DNA of 63,961 nucleotides, filler included, from Choristocarpus tenellus KU-1152 (lineage: Eukaryota > Protista > Phaeophyceae), in the NCBI GenBank assembly GCA_964200185.2. It is 9 parts of 9 records of this genome, joined end to end, with 100 filler letters (N's around TTAATTAATTAA, not from the genome) between each part and the next. Parts side by side here need not be neighbours in the genome. Positions count along the whole stretch, not along the records: positions 39,174 to 47,585 come from CAXNAD020004743.1; positions 47,686 to 52,092 come from CAXNAD020014698.1; positions 52,193 to 55,007 come from CAXNAD020024511.1; 6 more parts are not named here. One strand, written 5' to 3'. The notes below the pieces were generated by a model, which ran no database searches, was not told where the DNA came from, and saw only the letters and a program-made list of their open reading frames with translations. Position numbers and translations under genes: made by a program. Of this stretch, positions 39,926 through 52,879 are shown piece by piece; positions within the stretch are counted from its first letter, which is position 1; every line of letters starts with the position of its first letter.

Positions 39926-40199
39926 GAATCAAAGTATCTTAGAGGGTAGAGCCGCGTCCATTTGAGGGTCAAAATCCAATGTTGTGATTTTGATGTGATT
40001 TTGGCTATTGTGTTTGTTAGGGTTAGGGTTAAGTGTCAATACCCTTGTTTCGAACACACCTTTTCATAAACACACATTCTACCTACTCCAAAAATATTCG
40101 GAGTATGGAAATGTCAGAAAAACCCGTAGGAAGCCAAGTTTAGCTAAGTTTATAGTTTTTGTCCCAAACGGACAAAAACCCTCTTAGATACTTTCACGC
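39926..40199 (+). mobile_element. MITE family A nested in the (TATGGTTATAG)n array of the Tc1 element; carries a TTAGGG insertion
   Basis: GAATCAAAGTATCTTAGAGGGTA ... CCCTCTTAGATACTTTCACGC. Confidence 0.9.
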
Positions 40200-40620
40200 T
40201 ATAGTATGGTTATAGTATGGTTATAGTATGGTTATAGTATGGTTATAGTCAGCTTACGGCGAAATGTTAAAATCGGTTTTTGCAAAATTCACAGCATAAT
40301 AGGAACCAATGAAGTGATTTCTTCCATAACAATTTAGGAGGTCCTTATTAGACATAACAAGGATAAGGATGGAAAATTTTCCCGTAGGAACGCACAGAAG
40401 AGTCAAATTAACGTTTTGCACTAAAGTTTTTGCACAGTACTGTATTATGGAAACGCCTTCCTCTGCGGCGTGCGACCGATGTCCTCTTGTGCGTTTTTCG
40501 GTTGATACCCCCGACTGTTCACCTTGGGAGGATTTCGATGGCCTCCGAACTGTGTGAGAGAACTGAGAGAGAGCGTAAACCAAATGTTGGAATATTGATT
40601 GCCCTAGAGATTCGATTCCC

Positions 40621-40836
40621 CTAAAGATTTCTCCTATAGATTTCTCCTGAAATCTTCTCCTATAGATTTCTCCTATAGATTTCTCCTGAAGATTTCTGCC
40701 AAAGATTTCTCCTGAAGATTTCTCCTATAGATTTCTCCTGAAGATTTCTCCTATAGATTTCTCCTGAAGATTTCTCCTATAGATTTCTCCTGAAGATTTC
40801 TCCTAAAGATTTCTCCTAAAGATTTCTCCTAAAGAT
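40621..40836. repeat. 13-bp minisatellite (AGATTTCTCCT-AT/GA/AA), ~16 copies
   Basis: Alternating ATTTCTCCTATAG / ATTTCTCCTGAAG units. Confidence 0.95.
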
Positions 40837-41222
40837 CCCAGCTAACCCTGTGTTGCGGTGGAACTGTAGATGGAAAACGACTAGCATGTCAGCAAGTAGT
40901 TGGCATCAAATCGTTCAGATGGGGACCTCTTTGTTGACTTTTTTGTCAGCAATGTGGTGTATGTCCATGTATAACAAATACAATAGATACTGTGGGCGCT
41001 ATCTCAAATCTTACATTGAAGCGTTGGCAGTGAACGCTGTACCTTGTTGTACCTTTATTCCGGTCCTCCAGCTCAAGCGTTCTCGTTGACGGAACCCTGA
41101 GAGAACCCGGATTTAGATCGCCAGTCCACTGCAGAGACGACCGCGGTTTTTGGGCTGGTCCCCGCATTCCTCTGTCACTGGAAAGTGTCCTGTCCTGCCT
41201 TGCTGTGTTTTTCCTCTTGAAG

Positions 41223-44200
41223 ATGGATACATGGACTTGAGAGCATCAGCGGCGCTGATCAGTGATGTCCAGGTGTGAGGGTATACGAAAAGTGGGTTAT
41301 TGGTGAGAAAGTTTATATGGTCCGTCCTAACTTGCTCTTCGATATCTCATTTTTAAAAAAAGGTATACCTTGCTCGTGGTTGATGCGCTTTGGCTGTTTG
41401 TTGAGAATATTCTTAGTCGTTGCGGTCTCGCACCTGTTTTATTTATTTCTTAAAAAAAAAATATATATATATATATGTATGTTGTTGGCGGGGCTCACCC
41501 CCTTGAAATAACACGCCTTCCCTTGTGTGAGGAGCACAACTGCCTTGTGGCAGCCAAGCGCTCGTAAGAGGTGTTTTGTTTGTTTATTTGTTGATGTCGA
41601 CTCTTCCTATCATTCTCTTCCTATCATTGTGTCGCAGAAGTCACCAAGGGTAGAGTCATTTATTGTTCACCCACCAACAGGGGACATGAGCTGGGTTTAG
41701 GGAGAGTATGGTGGAGGATTGTCTCCTCGACCACGGCCTCCAGTCACTGGGTGGGGCTGACTCTTTCCCCGCGGGGCAAGGGCAGAGGATTGGGGCAAGA
41801 TTTCGGCTCTGTGTGAGGGAATGTCAATCAAGTGTTGCTGTCTTCCTTGCAAGTGCCACTCTAGGTTGGTATTTATTGTAGTAATCTGATCGATCTAATC
41901 CGTCCAATGATTGCACCACATGCTGCTTGCAATATTCTGTTTAGCGGTTTCACTCAGCGGAGTCCCGTGCCCGCCGCCCCATGGCTTCTCCACATCATTC
42001 CATAGATGGACGGACGCACGAAAGGGTCTGATCAAGTGCGCGTGAGAATCAATTGAGGATTTTACCTTTATTACATCAATTGTACCTTTATTCCATCAAA
42101 TAGTACTAGCGTTGGGATTATGACACTTGACCTTTGGGTGTATTCAGTGAACACACGCCGACCAACAGTGGTGGCACATCACCCTGGATCTTTTGTACAC
42201 GCTACAGGAAGGCACAAGCCTATTTATTGCATCGCCATTAGCCTCCCTCCAAAACTAACACCTGAAGCTTGGCTCCTTCTGTTATCCTTCGCCCAGGGAC
42301 CGTTTTTTGGTTTGTTTGTGACATGCCAACTTACCTTCTCGCTCAAAACGCCTTCCTACTCCTCTCTCTCTCTCTCTCTCTCTCTCTCCCTGCCCTTGTT
42401 CCCAGGCATATGAATCGTTTGGTGGGCTGCAGGCTGTGGCCGACCACCCTGCAATGTGGATTGGTCTGGGTCTACTTAATGAAGAGATGTCCTTCCAGGC
42501 CACGAGGGCGGCGCACAAAAGGACTCGAGCTTTGTCTCAGGCAAGGCCACGATTGCTGCTGGGCTACTGCGTCGTTTGTTTCCACCAATAACTAGTGTGT
42601 CTATCGCTGGACTATCCTGAGGGAAGGCTAATGATCGAACCGGGCTGTGGAACAAGCAGTCTTTGAAACCTCTCTTTGTTGTTGGTCTTTCTTCTTTTTT
42701 TTTGGATGCTGTTGGTGTTTTCGCTTTGGTGATGGCCAGGGGAGTGTACTGTATATTCTACGCTAGTCAGTCAGTCAGTCAGTCAGTCTAGACACGGGAT
42801 GTTTTAATATTTTTTTTGTCCTCTCGCTGCGAGCAGTTCTTGGGTTGACGCACCCCGACGCACCTCATTGCGAATGTTGGATTTGAAAAGAGATTCAGAG
42901 ACATGCCACCCCCCCCCATGCCCCTCGCCACACAGCACCCTTGTCACACAGCAAACCCACTTTTGTATTCCGTGCAGGCTAGCGATGCCTTCTACTCCTC
43001 CCTGGAGACTGGACAGCACCCCGATGGCCTACTGGGATTGGGGACGACAGCAGACTGGTCTCGTGGCCAAGGCCGAGATGCCCTGGTGGCCCTGGAGCAG
43101 TATCTGGACATCAACCCTGCCAATGCTCAGGCATGGAATCTCTTTGGGGCAGCAGCAGAACGCATGGGTCGACCTGTTTCGGCAGCACTTGCCTACAGGC
43201 ATGCTGTGGGGCTTTTGGAGAAACAGCATGCTGTGTTTGTTGAGAAAGGAGCAGAGTCAAAGGCAGAGGATGGTGGGAATGGTGGGGATGGTGGGGATGG
43301 GGGTGCGGTTCGATGGTCGGATGCAGTCTCTCTTGCAAGATCAAATATGAGCCGGGCGCTGATGCTGTGTGGCAAAGCCAGTGATTCGCTTGCAATAATG
43401 AGGGATGTAAAGCAGAAAGAGGTGTGTGTGTGTGTGTGTGTGTGTTTGTGTTTGGCGAATATTGTTGTGTGGTGATTTGGTACCCCTTTGACTGTTGCTA
43501 ATTATTGCAGGTGGAGATCTACTTGCTGCACATCTGAGACAAGAGTGATCATCGCTGACACAGAAAAAATGCTCTTTTTATTTTTCAATTCTCTGAAGTA
43601 ATTTCAAGTTACACAAGAATAGTTTTGAGTACGGTACACATCAACATATTTATATTTATTTATATATATACATCTATATATAAAACTATCTACATGCTTT
43701 TGTCGGTATTGAAAAAGGGGAAGTAGCTAACCCTAACCCTAACCCTGGCATACAGGATTTCCACGATCTAGGTTTTGTACACCTCTCCGTTCAGCACCAG
43801 TTAGAACAATCAGTGGGGGGCAGGCAGGGGCTGATTGTTACATGTAGATTGTTACATGCAGATTGTTACATGCAGATTGTTACATGCAGATTGTTACATG
43901 TAGATTGTTACATGCAGATTGTTACATGTAGGTTGTTACATGTAGATTGTTACATACAGATTGTTAGATGTAAGTTGTTACACGCACACGAGGTGGTGTC
44001 AGATTTTTAAAACCCTCACTTTCTTGCGAGGGTCCAAGCGAAAACCATTATGAGGTACACCCTAATATCTCCCCAAAATCTGAGTTCAGTTGGTCTGCCT
44101 ATTCAATGCCCCCCCCCCCCCCCCCCCAATGCGAGCCCCCCGCGGACCCAGACCCATTCGCCGCCGGGCAGGGGGAGTACTGTGTAATGTACAACGTTCA

Positions 44201-47171
44201 CTCTGATAACGCTTTGCTCCCACGGTCGTCTACCAGTCTTTAGAATAGACCCTACCTGTGCATCATATTTCTTATATATATTTTATTTTATATTTTATAT
44301 TATATTTTGTACATTTTTCTGATGATTCCTGGTTTGATTTTGAGGGAGATTTGCCAGAATGCTGGCTCTTGACGAGGGACATTGTAATTAAGAGACTGCG
44401 CTGTTCCTGCCGGTGCCCCCCCCCCCAGGTGCGTGCGTGCTTGCATGTGTCATTAGTGTGCGGCCCTTCTCCCGACAATATATTTTTTAATTTTTGTGTT
44501 GGGGGAAGTTTGAAGGCGTTTTGGGGTGCTTGCTAATGTGGGTCCGTTAGGCCGTTGTGTGGTGTTCTAGGTGTGTGTTGTAAGTTCAATTACGTGTATG
44601 GCTTGTATGCTCTCACCGCTTTGGGACGTCATCAATTTTTTTTTTGTCCCTGCGTTGGTTCTTTGGACAGAGATACTTAGACATTATTATTATTATATTT
44701 TTATTATTACTATTTTTACTACCGTAATTACCATTAATATTATTGTTTTATTTTATTTTTTACTGTCTGTTGTCATTTCAAGTCCCCGATCAACTCTAAA
44801 AGCAACAACTCTACTACCCCTCTGTGTATTACGTGCTGAAGTGATTGTAAATAACAGAGTATTAAAAAATATCTATCTATCTATACATATAAATATAAGA
44901 AAGTAATATGTATTTTTTAATAAAAAAAAACACCCCCCAAAAATCACAACGATCTTGTGGTGCTTTTTTCCCTCCCGCATACTTGGACGCATCACCCACC
45001 CCTTGTTTGCATTGTCCGTCCAGGCTGACTATGAGCTCCAACTTGGTAGGGCCCTTGCTTTGACCGGAGACCTGGATGGTGCGATATCGGCCTTTATGCA
45101 GGTGGTGCCCTGGTGTTTGTTACCTATAACCCTAACCCTAACCCTTACCCTTCTGGAAGCGAAGAAATGAACTAATCGTTGAAAGATGAATGCATCCGTA
45201 ATCATTGAAAGATTAATGCATCTCTAATCATTGAAAGATTAATGCATCCGTAATCATTGAAAGATTAATGCATCCGTAATCATTGAAAGATTAATGCATC
45301 TCTTTGTTGTGGCCTTCGCTCAACCGGGAGTGGGAGAGTGGACATTGTTTTTGTTATTCTTTTTTGTTTCTTGTTCTCTTAGCTTTTTTTTTATTGCAGT
45401 GAGATAGATAGAAGGTAGGTAGGTAGATAGATCGCTGTGTGTGTAGCAGTTAAGGTGATGACTGTTGACCCTGTTGCGCTTTGGCCCTCTTATCTGCATT
45501 CACTTGGTGTAATTCTACTTTGGATGTTATCTACCGCAGGTCCAGCCTGGAGGGAAAGAGGCTGCCAGTGCACTAATATCTGAGACTGTCGCCCGCTTCA
45601 ATCACGGTGGAGATATGACAGAAGCAAAAACAGCAGCAAGTGCCATCATCAAACATTTGCCCAACAACTGGCTGGGGGTCCTAACAGCAATGTCTGTGGG
45701 AGCTCTTGCTGGTGACCTCAACCTTGTGCAGGATGGGACACGTCTCCTCTACGGCCTTGTGCACTGGCCTAACCAGACGGTCAGGAACCGGGACCTCGCT
45801 GTGCTAGAGGAAACATTATTGTCAATACATACGGCTTTGCGAGCAACAAGGGCGCCGGCTGCAATGAACTGTCGAGCGTTGTCTAAGGCCATTCATCTCA
45901 TGCCCACGTCTGTGGGGTCTTGGGTAAACCTTGGTGCGGTTCTGGCTGACTCAGCAGCCGGTGAGGAAGGAAGAGGGATGGAAGAAGCAACAGTCCGTCT
46001 GTCACAGAGCTGTGCACTGGCTTCCGAGGTACAAGTGCGAGCAGCCCTGCTTGGAACAGAGCGATCTCCCAGAGCCCAGAGCCCGGGGGTGTCCTCCAAC
46101 GCAGGAGAAACTAGTTCTGCTGTTGTTGCCGATGATCTGGCCTTGAGCTTGTCTATTGGGGCAAAGTTAGCAATGTGCAAAGGGGGGCATGGGTCGTTCG
46201 TGAAGGCTGTCAAGATGGCATGTCGAGCAGTGCATACATGCCCGGGAATGTCCAGCTCATGGCACAATCTTGCTGTGGCTCTGGTGAGTGCTTTTACCTG
46301 GAGAATTTATTTGGCACTGACTGATGCACATTGAGAGGAAAATCACGCCCGTATGGTAGCAATGCAAAGATAGCCCAACTGAGCACATTCAGAGCAGTTA
46401 TGTGCTAGTGTGTAGACTCAGGACAATATGGTGTGTAGGAATCGAATTTGATTGATGAAAAGGTTGGCTCCCCTTATCCAGGCTGACTCTTCCCACTCTG
46501 TCCAAATCCTCCTTGCTCAGGGGGGGATAGCACTGTCTTCCTCCCTTACAGACACGGGGGATCTGCGCAGAAGCTATGCTATCCTTAGCAGCCTTACTAG
46601 ATCCGCTTGCCCAGGGATCAAGGACAATGCTGTACTCTCTACTGCTTACTTGCGATTTCTGCTAGTGGACGGGGTGAGGAGAGAGGAAACACGCACTTTG
46701 GGTGTAGGAGACAAATATTCTCAGCTGCAGCTGGCCAGATGTGCAGTTGCGGGGCCCCAACCTGAAAACGCCCTTGAAGAGTACAAAGCAGCGGTCCGTG
46801 CAGAACCCAAACAGGCAATTTGCTGGCGTGAGTTGGCAAGATGTTACCTGCTGTTGGATCAGCCTGGTGCTGCCATGACTGCCCTTGAGTGTGCTACAGG
46901 AGCAGGGGCAGGGGCGGCAGGTCCATTTTACTTGGAGATGGCCGCAGTACACTTGCGCTTGGGTCAAAATGATGAGTGCATGATTACTTTGGGCAGGGCT
47001 GCGAAGGAGGGTGTAGAAGGTGCAGCGATTCATGTGCTACGTGGACTTGCATTAGCTGGTCTTGGGCGAAGGCAACAAGCCATTGGCGCATTCAGCAAAG
47101 CAAGGATTGCCGACCCAAGGCTGGAGCCGCTATTAATAGAATACCTGCCAAACGACAATGCAGAACTCTGA
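41223..47171 (+). CDS. TPR protein, SKI3/TTC37 (superkiller complex)-like, 5'-partial; exons ~41223-41272 (tentative), 42433-42540, 42978-43421, 45024-45101, 45540-46283, 46482-47171
   Basis: DHPAMWIGLGLLNE...ASDAFYSSLE..HPDGLLGLG...LEQYLDINPANAQAWNLFG...AALAYRHAVGLL parallels the SKI3 TPR region; multiple TPR helices; phase-0 introns, one with a GC donor. Confidence 0.75.
43834..43985. repeat. 14-bp minisatellite (GATTGTTACATG(C/T)A), ~10 copies, intronic
   Basis: Direct tandem repetition. Confidence 0.95.
45173..45302. repeat. 26-bp minisatellite (TAATCATTGAAAGATTAATGCATCCG), 5 copies, intronic
   Basis: Direct tandem repetition. Confidence 0.95.
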
Positions 47172-47685
47172 GTAGTTGTTTGTCAGATGAGGTTTTGGAG
47201 TTGTTGTTCGTCAACCACCAACTCCTTTCATATTGTATAGTTCCTGGTGAATAATAAACGGGCAAATCACGAGTGAGTGATGGTGCACCATGTGCATTCT
47301 CTGTTTGGCATCAACAATTTTTCGGTGCACGTCCAAGGCCCATCTAGTATAATTGTGTCATCCTGGGGAAGAGAGGGCTAGCATGTTAATTTCAATTTAG
47401 TTTTGTTATCCATTTCTTACATACGTACCCAACACAATAGTACTACAACAGTGCAGAGTCATGAATCTGTGCATGGTAACACAACTCGAACTTCAGCTGA
47501 CGTTCTCCACTCTTGCTAATGCAAATAAGCAGGGGAGTAGACCCAAAGTATCTGGGGAGGGGGGGGGTCTACACCAGGGTGTCCANNNNNNNNNNNNNNN
47601 NNNNNNNNNNNNNNNNNNNNNNNNNNNNNTTAATTAATTAANNNNNNNNNNNNNNNNNNNNNNNNNNNNNNNNNNNNNNNNNNNN

Positions 47686-48649
47686 CAATCTCGCCAGGTT
47701 TATCACCTTTATGCTCTTTGATGATTTTGGGGATACTTTAACATAACTTCTCCAGTTTTATCCGCCCCTCTACCGACTCATCATCATCTATCTGAGACAT
47801 GATGTCCAGATATTCTTCGCCGAGTGAATTTTGTAGCCAACCCACTCGATCTTCCTCTGTCACGGAACCTCCCAAGCTGTTTAGCTCCATTATAAGAGCC
47901 TCCCGTCGGTTAATGATTTCAGCAGGATCTCCCCCAGTTCCAACACCATATCCATCAATTGCAATTAACGAGATTTCTCTCCGTTTGTCCAGAATGAGCA
48001 TAGTTCTTGACAAGTGCGGCGAACGCCTCACTCGAAGATTCGTACGTCAGCACGATGTCCATAACAGGCCCTGTTGTCGCTTCCTGTAGTCCATTAATGG
48101 CGTACGTCGTCGCATGGTGAAGATACGGGTCCATCTCTGTCGGGGAATTCTCCAACGACAGTACCCTCAGATGTTCCTTTTTTATTAGTGGTTCCCTCCA
48201 TCCCGATGAGAGAGCATATGTAAGAAACGTTTTGCTCCACTTCCTCCACGTTCCTAGTTCCCCCTTGAACGCAGTTTGTTTCGAGCACACTTTCAACTAA
48301 AACCAGCAATACAAAAATGAATACGGAAAAACTTGAAAAGTGATTCTGTATATTTTCTTGATAGGAAAAATAGATATAATACAGGAGTTTGAGACGTGAG
48401 AAGGAGATAACCTCCACCAGAAACGTCGGATAGGATTCCCCTGATTGTCTGGAGTTGAAATGTGGAGTTGCAAGTTTGATGTTTTTGTATGATGGATTGG
48501 TCAATTTATTTCCCGATTGATGGATCAATTGACTTTCTATCACAAGGAGGGAAGTAACTTAGTTTGAGAGGGGGAATCAGTAGTCAACATTGGATCCCTC
48601 ACCTTTGAAGAGAGTGTGTACCTCTTCATTATAATAATTCGCCCCAACA
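47686..48649 (-). mobile_element. 5' part of a Copia-type LTR retrotransposon (putative LTR from TGTTGGGG at 48649 plus frameshifted gag), truncated by contig end
   Basis: Gag-like FKGELGTWRKWSKTFLTY...ESSSEAFAALVKNY...GGDPAEII...ELNSLGGSVTEEDRVGWLQNSLGEEY. Confidence 0.7.
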
Positions 48650-48767
48650 TCTTGAAGGACTTAAGCACTCTCCGAAAAATACGGAGAGAAACGTACGGGT
48701 TGGTGTTTCAAGGGGAGAAATACTAGGATAGGAGGGGGAGTGACAACCCCTAGCTTATTTTCCGTAG

Positions 48768-51733
48768 ATGGAGAGTCTCTTGAAGCTCCGTGAAAGGTAC
48801 CTGATGGCGATTGAGGAATGCCCCATAGGTGACTTCGAACAAGCAGCGAAAATCCAACAGGCTTTGCTCAATACCGAGGTCAACATCAGGTTAGTCAAGT
48901 GGAGACTGTTCTGTTGGAGTTCTCTGCAAGGTCAGTGCATAAAGGGATGTTGAATCCTTTACTCAAGTCAACGCACTCAGTCAGCCTACACGCCGAAGAG
49001 CCATACTCAAGATCGTGTTCTCCTGACCTAATCGTTCTCGGAATATCTCAATGCTCCCTCCTAAACCAGGAAACTCCTAGAGCAGACAACCACCCCCAAC
49101 CCACCAGAGCCTGGAAATTCTTCTGCTTCCGACTCTACCTCTCATTGTGCACCTCGACCGTCGAGAGTCCCTGATGCAGCAGCGTCAAATTCCGCGAGTG
49201 ATATTGAAAGGATGAGGGGCAACGATTTATTCAAACAAGCAAGTGTCATTGGTCTTTCACCGGTGAGCAGAGATGAGGGGGAGTTGACTGGCGCAAGTGG
49301 GTCGTATATATACAGTGTAAAATTATCTACTTGCCCTGATTGATTTTGCCTTTGTTTGATATATACCACGTAAACTATGGTTTGGAAACGTTGTGTCCCT
49401 TGATCGCTGATCGAGGGAGAAGAAAAACATAAAATGTAGAGATACATACTAGTAGGCACCATGCCACCTGCCAATCACCAGGTTCTGGTGACAAACGCCT
49501 ACACTCTGATTATTCAAAGCATTTGTTTAATTCTTTCAGCCAAGTTCTCTCCATTCTGTGCGCTCCTACATGAGTAACGTAGCAACGAAAAGTGTGATTA
49601 TTGCATTAACAGGCAAGGACACTACCCTCCTTTTTTCAAATTCTTCACATAGCACAACACACCAGAAGAAGAAGTGGTGTTACATAGTGGGCTGTGTAAA
49701 CTGGAGCATTAAAACCTTACGTATCTCCTGTGGGATTCTCTAATATAGACAGGTTGAGTTGATCGCAAATGCTTGTCTGGCCTGTTCGATAGTGTTATTA
49801 TTTCAGTCAAAGTATGTTAAAGGGTGGCACCTCGTCCACTTGGGTGTCAAAACCCAATGTTGCAATTTTGATGTAATTTTGGCTATCGTGTTAGTTAGGA
49901 AGTGTCAATATCTATGTTTCGGACACACCTTTTCATAACATATGCATTTTACCTACTTCTACACATTTTGGAGTAGGAAAATGTTATAAAAAACCCCCAT
50001 GGGAACCCAAGCCCCACACGGACAAACAGTGAAAAACTCGTACCCTCTAAGATACTTTCACTCACTTCTAAACGTCTTTCAACGATTTTTTCCGATTTTC
50101 TTTCGAGTAGTTCACCAAAATCTATACACTGGAGTACATACAAATATTCTTAAACATAACAAATATATACTCCAGATCGACACACGGTGTAAGAGAGATA
50201 ATTTATTGTGCTCCACACATAAGTCATCACGTACAAATCAACAATAGAGCCTCGCAAAAGGCAATTCTGGCCTTTTTGTGGAACCAATCATGTGAGCCAC
50301 GTGACCATATATATATATATATATATACGCATGAATAAATATATATATAGAGAGATAGATGGACACACGGTGTAAGAGAGAAGATTTATCGAACTCAAAA
50401 CTTCAATTATCATGCGCAGATCATCAACAATGAAGCTTTGCAACACACAACTCCGGCCTGTATGTGAATCCAACCATATTGGCGCCACACATGTGACCGC
50501 CCATACCTACTCTAGATAACATACGAGTAGTTCCTTGATGTTCTCCTTGTTGTGACTTATTCTTCTTCTAACCTACTACTGCTGACACTACCTCCACTAC
50601 TTTAATCCAACCAATTCCTGTTACTGCATAGAATTGTGCGGTTGTTCCCGTATGTTAAGACTTTCTACTGGCCAAAAGCATAGAGATAGTGCTAGGTATC
50701 GCTAGAACTAAACCTGTAGATATTTGTAATTGTCAAAATCCTATAATCTCTAACAATCATTGTTGAGTGTGAAGTGTTGTAGAAGCGACTCAAAACATTC
50801 AAGAGGGTAGGGCCGAGTCCATTTGAGTACACATAAATCCAATTTTTCAATTTTGATGAATTTTGACTATCGTGTTTGATAGCAATGTCAATATACTTGC
50901 TCTGGACACACCTTTCATAATTGTACACATTTTAGGTAACTGTCTTAACTCAGAAAACTGAAAAAGGGCAAAAAAAATGTGGGAAGCCTAGTTCCAAACG
51001 GACAAACAAGGCAATACTCCTATCCTCTTTATTTCTTTGACTGAGTGGAGTTGTCAACTAAAGTATTTGTATGCAAGATTTATTTCAGCAGCATGATTGC
51101 CTTAATTGTTGCCTGCCCTAACATTACAACTTTGTACCTTTCAGTAGCCGTAGGTTGCAGCTCTGCAAATAGAGTAAATTGTCCATTTCTTACTGTGGTG
51201 ATAATATATTTACCTACCACACTGGTCGAAACAGTATCCTCCCATCTGCCATATCCCCGAAATTGACTCACCTTAGACCCTTCCCGATCAACTGTTTCAG
51301 GTGATCTCAAAGTTGAGGTTTGGGAAGGCGTTAGTTGCATATGATAATGCTGCCAAAGCAGCCATCACCAAGGATCAATATTCATCAGCTTTCAAGAATA
51401 TGGGGTCCTGCCACTGGAGGCTTGCCCTGCTCACTGCTCCTCAAGGTATGATCTTTGATCCTTCTAACCTAGAGAGATGGCGATATCCAACCTAGAGCCT
51501 TGAACCTGTGCCACACTCTCTTCCCCCCCCCTCGAATCCTCTGCCCTGTACTGAGTACAGGAAACAAGGGACACCTTGCCTGGGGAAAGCTCCTGGAAGA
51601 GTTCCTTCTCCATGCTGCATCATCTGTGGAGTATCTTGAACTCTCTCTGAAGGCAGGAGAAGAGTGTGCAAAGACAGAGGACTGGAAAAGGGGTGTGCAG
51701 GGAAAACTGAGGACTGTCGTCATGACTTGCAAG
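48768..51733 (+). CDS. Uncharacterised protein with N-terminal UVR-like coiled coil and TPR-like helices, 3'-partial; exons 48768-48889, 49070-49262, 51301-51445, 51561-51733
   Basis: Four exons join in phases 2, 0, 1 with GT-AG: LLKLRERYLMAIEECPIGDFEQAAKIQQAL...ERMRGNDLFKQA..GLSP-VISKLRFGKALVAYDNAAKAA..SSAFKNMG. Confidence 0.7.
49804..50063 (+). mobile_element. MITE family A, full copy (intronic), imperfect TSD ATTT/ACTT
   Basis: CAGTCAAAGTATGTTAAAGGGT ... TACCCTCTAAGATACTTTCACTC. Confidence 0.9.
50787..51043 (+). mobile_element. MITE family A, old degenerate copy (intronic)
   Basis: Internal CTATCGTGTTTG..TGTCAATAT..GGACACACCTTTCATAA and CCAAACGGACAAAC conserved. Confidence 0.8.
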
Positions 51734-52879
51734 GTCCCAATTGGAGTTTTGAGAAATGTCTTGCAAGAGTTGTTGGGCTTGTAACGAGCAGTTTTTAATT
51801 GATTGAAGTTGGCGCCATTTTGGTAGATTGTGATGATGGCATTGGTGTCATAAATAGTTGCAATGCAGATTCCAATGTTGACCCTTTTTGTGACGACGAA
51901 AGTTTTAGGGTTGCAAAATCGAAAGGCTTCTTAATATGAATGTAATTGACTCAAATTTTAATGCATTCATTGAATCAAAGGCTAGTCGGGTCACGGAAAT
52001 TATGAGCACAGTATGGGGTGCGTATATATACAGTAGTTGGGTCAAAGTATCTGGGGGGGGGTGTCGGCATCCGTTTTTCACCCTTTTTTCGANNNNNNNN
52101 NNNNNNNNNNNNNNNNNNNNNNNNNNNNNNNNNNNNTTAATTAATTAANNNNNNNNNNNNNNNNNNNNNNNNNNNNNNNNNNNNNNNNNNNNGGTCTCGA
52201 GTCACATTTTTTTTTGTTGAGTGGGGGCGGCGGATGTATTTCCAATTTGCCAATTTGAAGGGTTTGGGGTAGTGATAAGGTCTGTGTGTGAGTTGACGAA
52301 TGTCCTTCCGTGTTACGTGTAACTTTGTATGATGAGGAAAGGGTTATTATCTTGCTCTTGCATTTTGAATTTGTGACGAAAAGAGGTACGTCCGTGGTAA
52401 TGCGTTTCGAGATATAGTGCAAGTTTGTTCGCATGGGTGAGATTGAAATACCCACAGAGTTAAAAAAAAAAATCTTTGTAGTAGATGGTATGTTAACAGA
52501 GAGATCGTTCAGAACAAAAAAAAATAAAAAAAGAAGAATGCGTACCAACCAATCTGTGACCCCTTGCTGAGAAAGTAAGTACACTACAGTGCAGGAGGGT
52601 GTGAGCATGCATCATAGTGACAGTAGTTCCCTGCGGAACGGATCAGGCTGGCACCATCGGGTTCCCCTTGTGAAGAGTAGGCCCTGACGAGCTTTTAACA
52701 GCTGCGCTCTGTCGACCACAGCCTTGTCACATTGTCACTGCGCCGAACAAGGAGGTCTCTCCCACGACCCTCGTACAGATAGGTGGTATTTTTTGTGTTC
52801 AACAAAACCCGTGAGACGTAGAAAGCCGTTACATAGATAGACGTAGATTATGGATATTGATGTGGCGGGGGGGGGGCTC

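Larger units (their letters stand above)
39179..40442 (+). mobile_element. Internally deleted Tc1/mariner DNA transposon retaining the transposase C-terminus
   Basis: TA TSDs; TIR CAGTACTGTGCAAAAA(G/C)T(A/T)TAGT(A/G)CAAA; relic DNDPKHTAK...EWPAQSSDFNPIENLW...SMPKRCRDVVDAKGYWTKY*. Confidence 0.93.
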
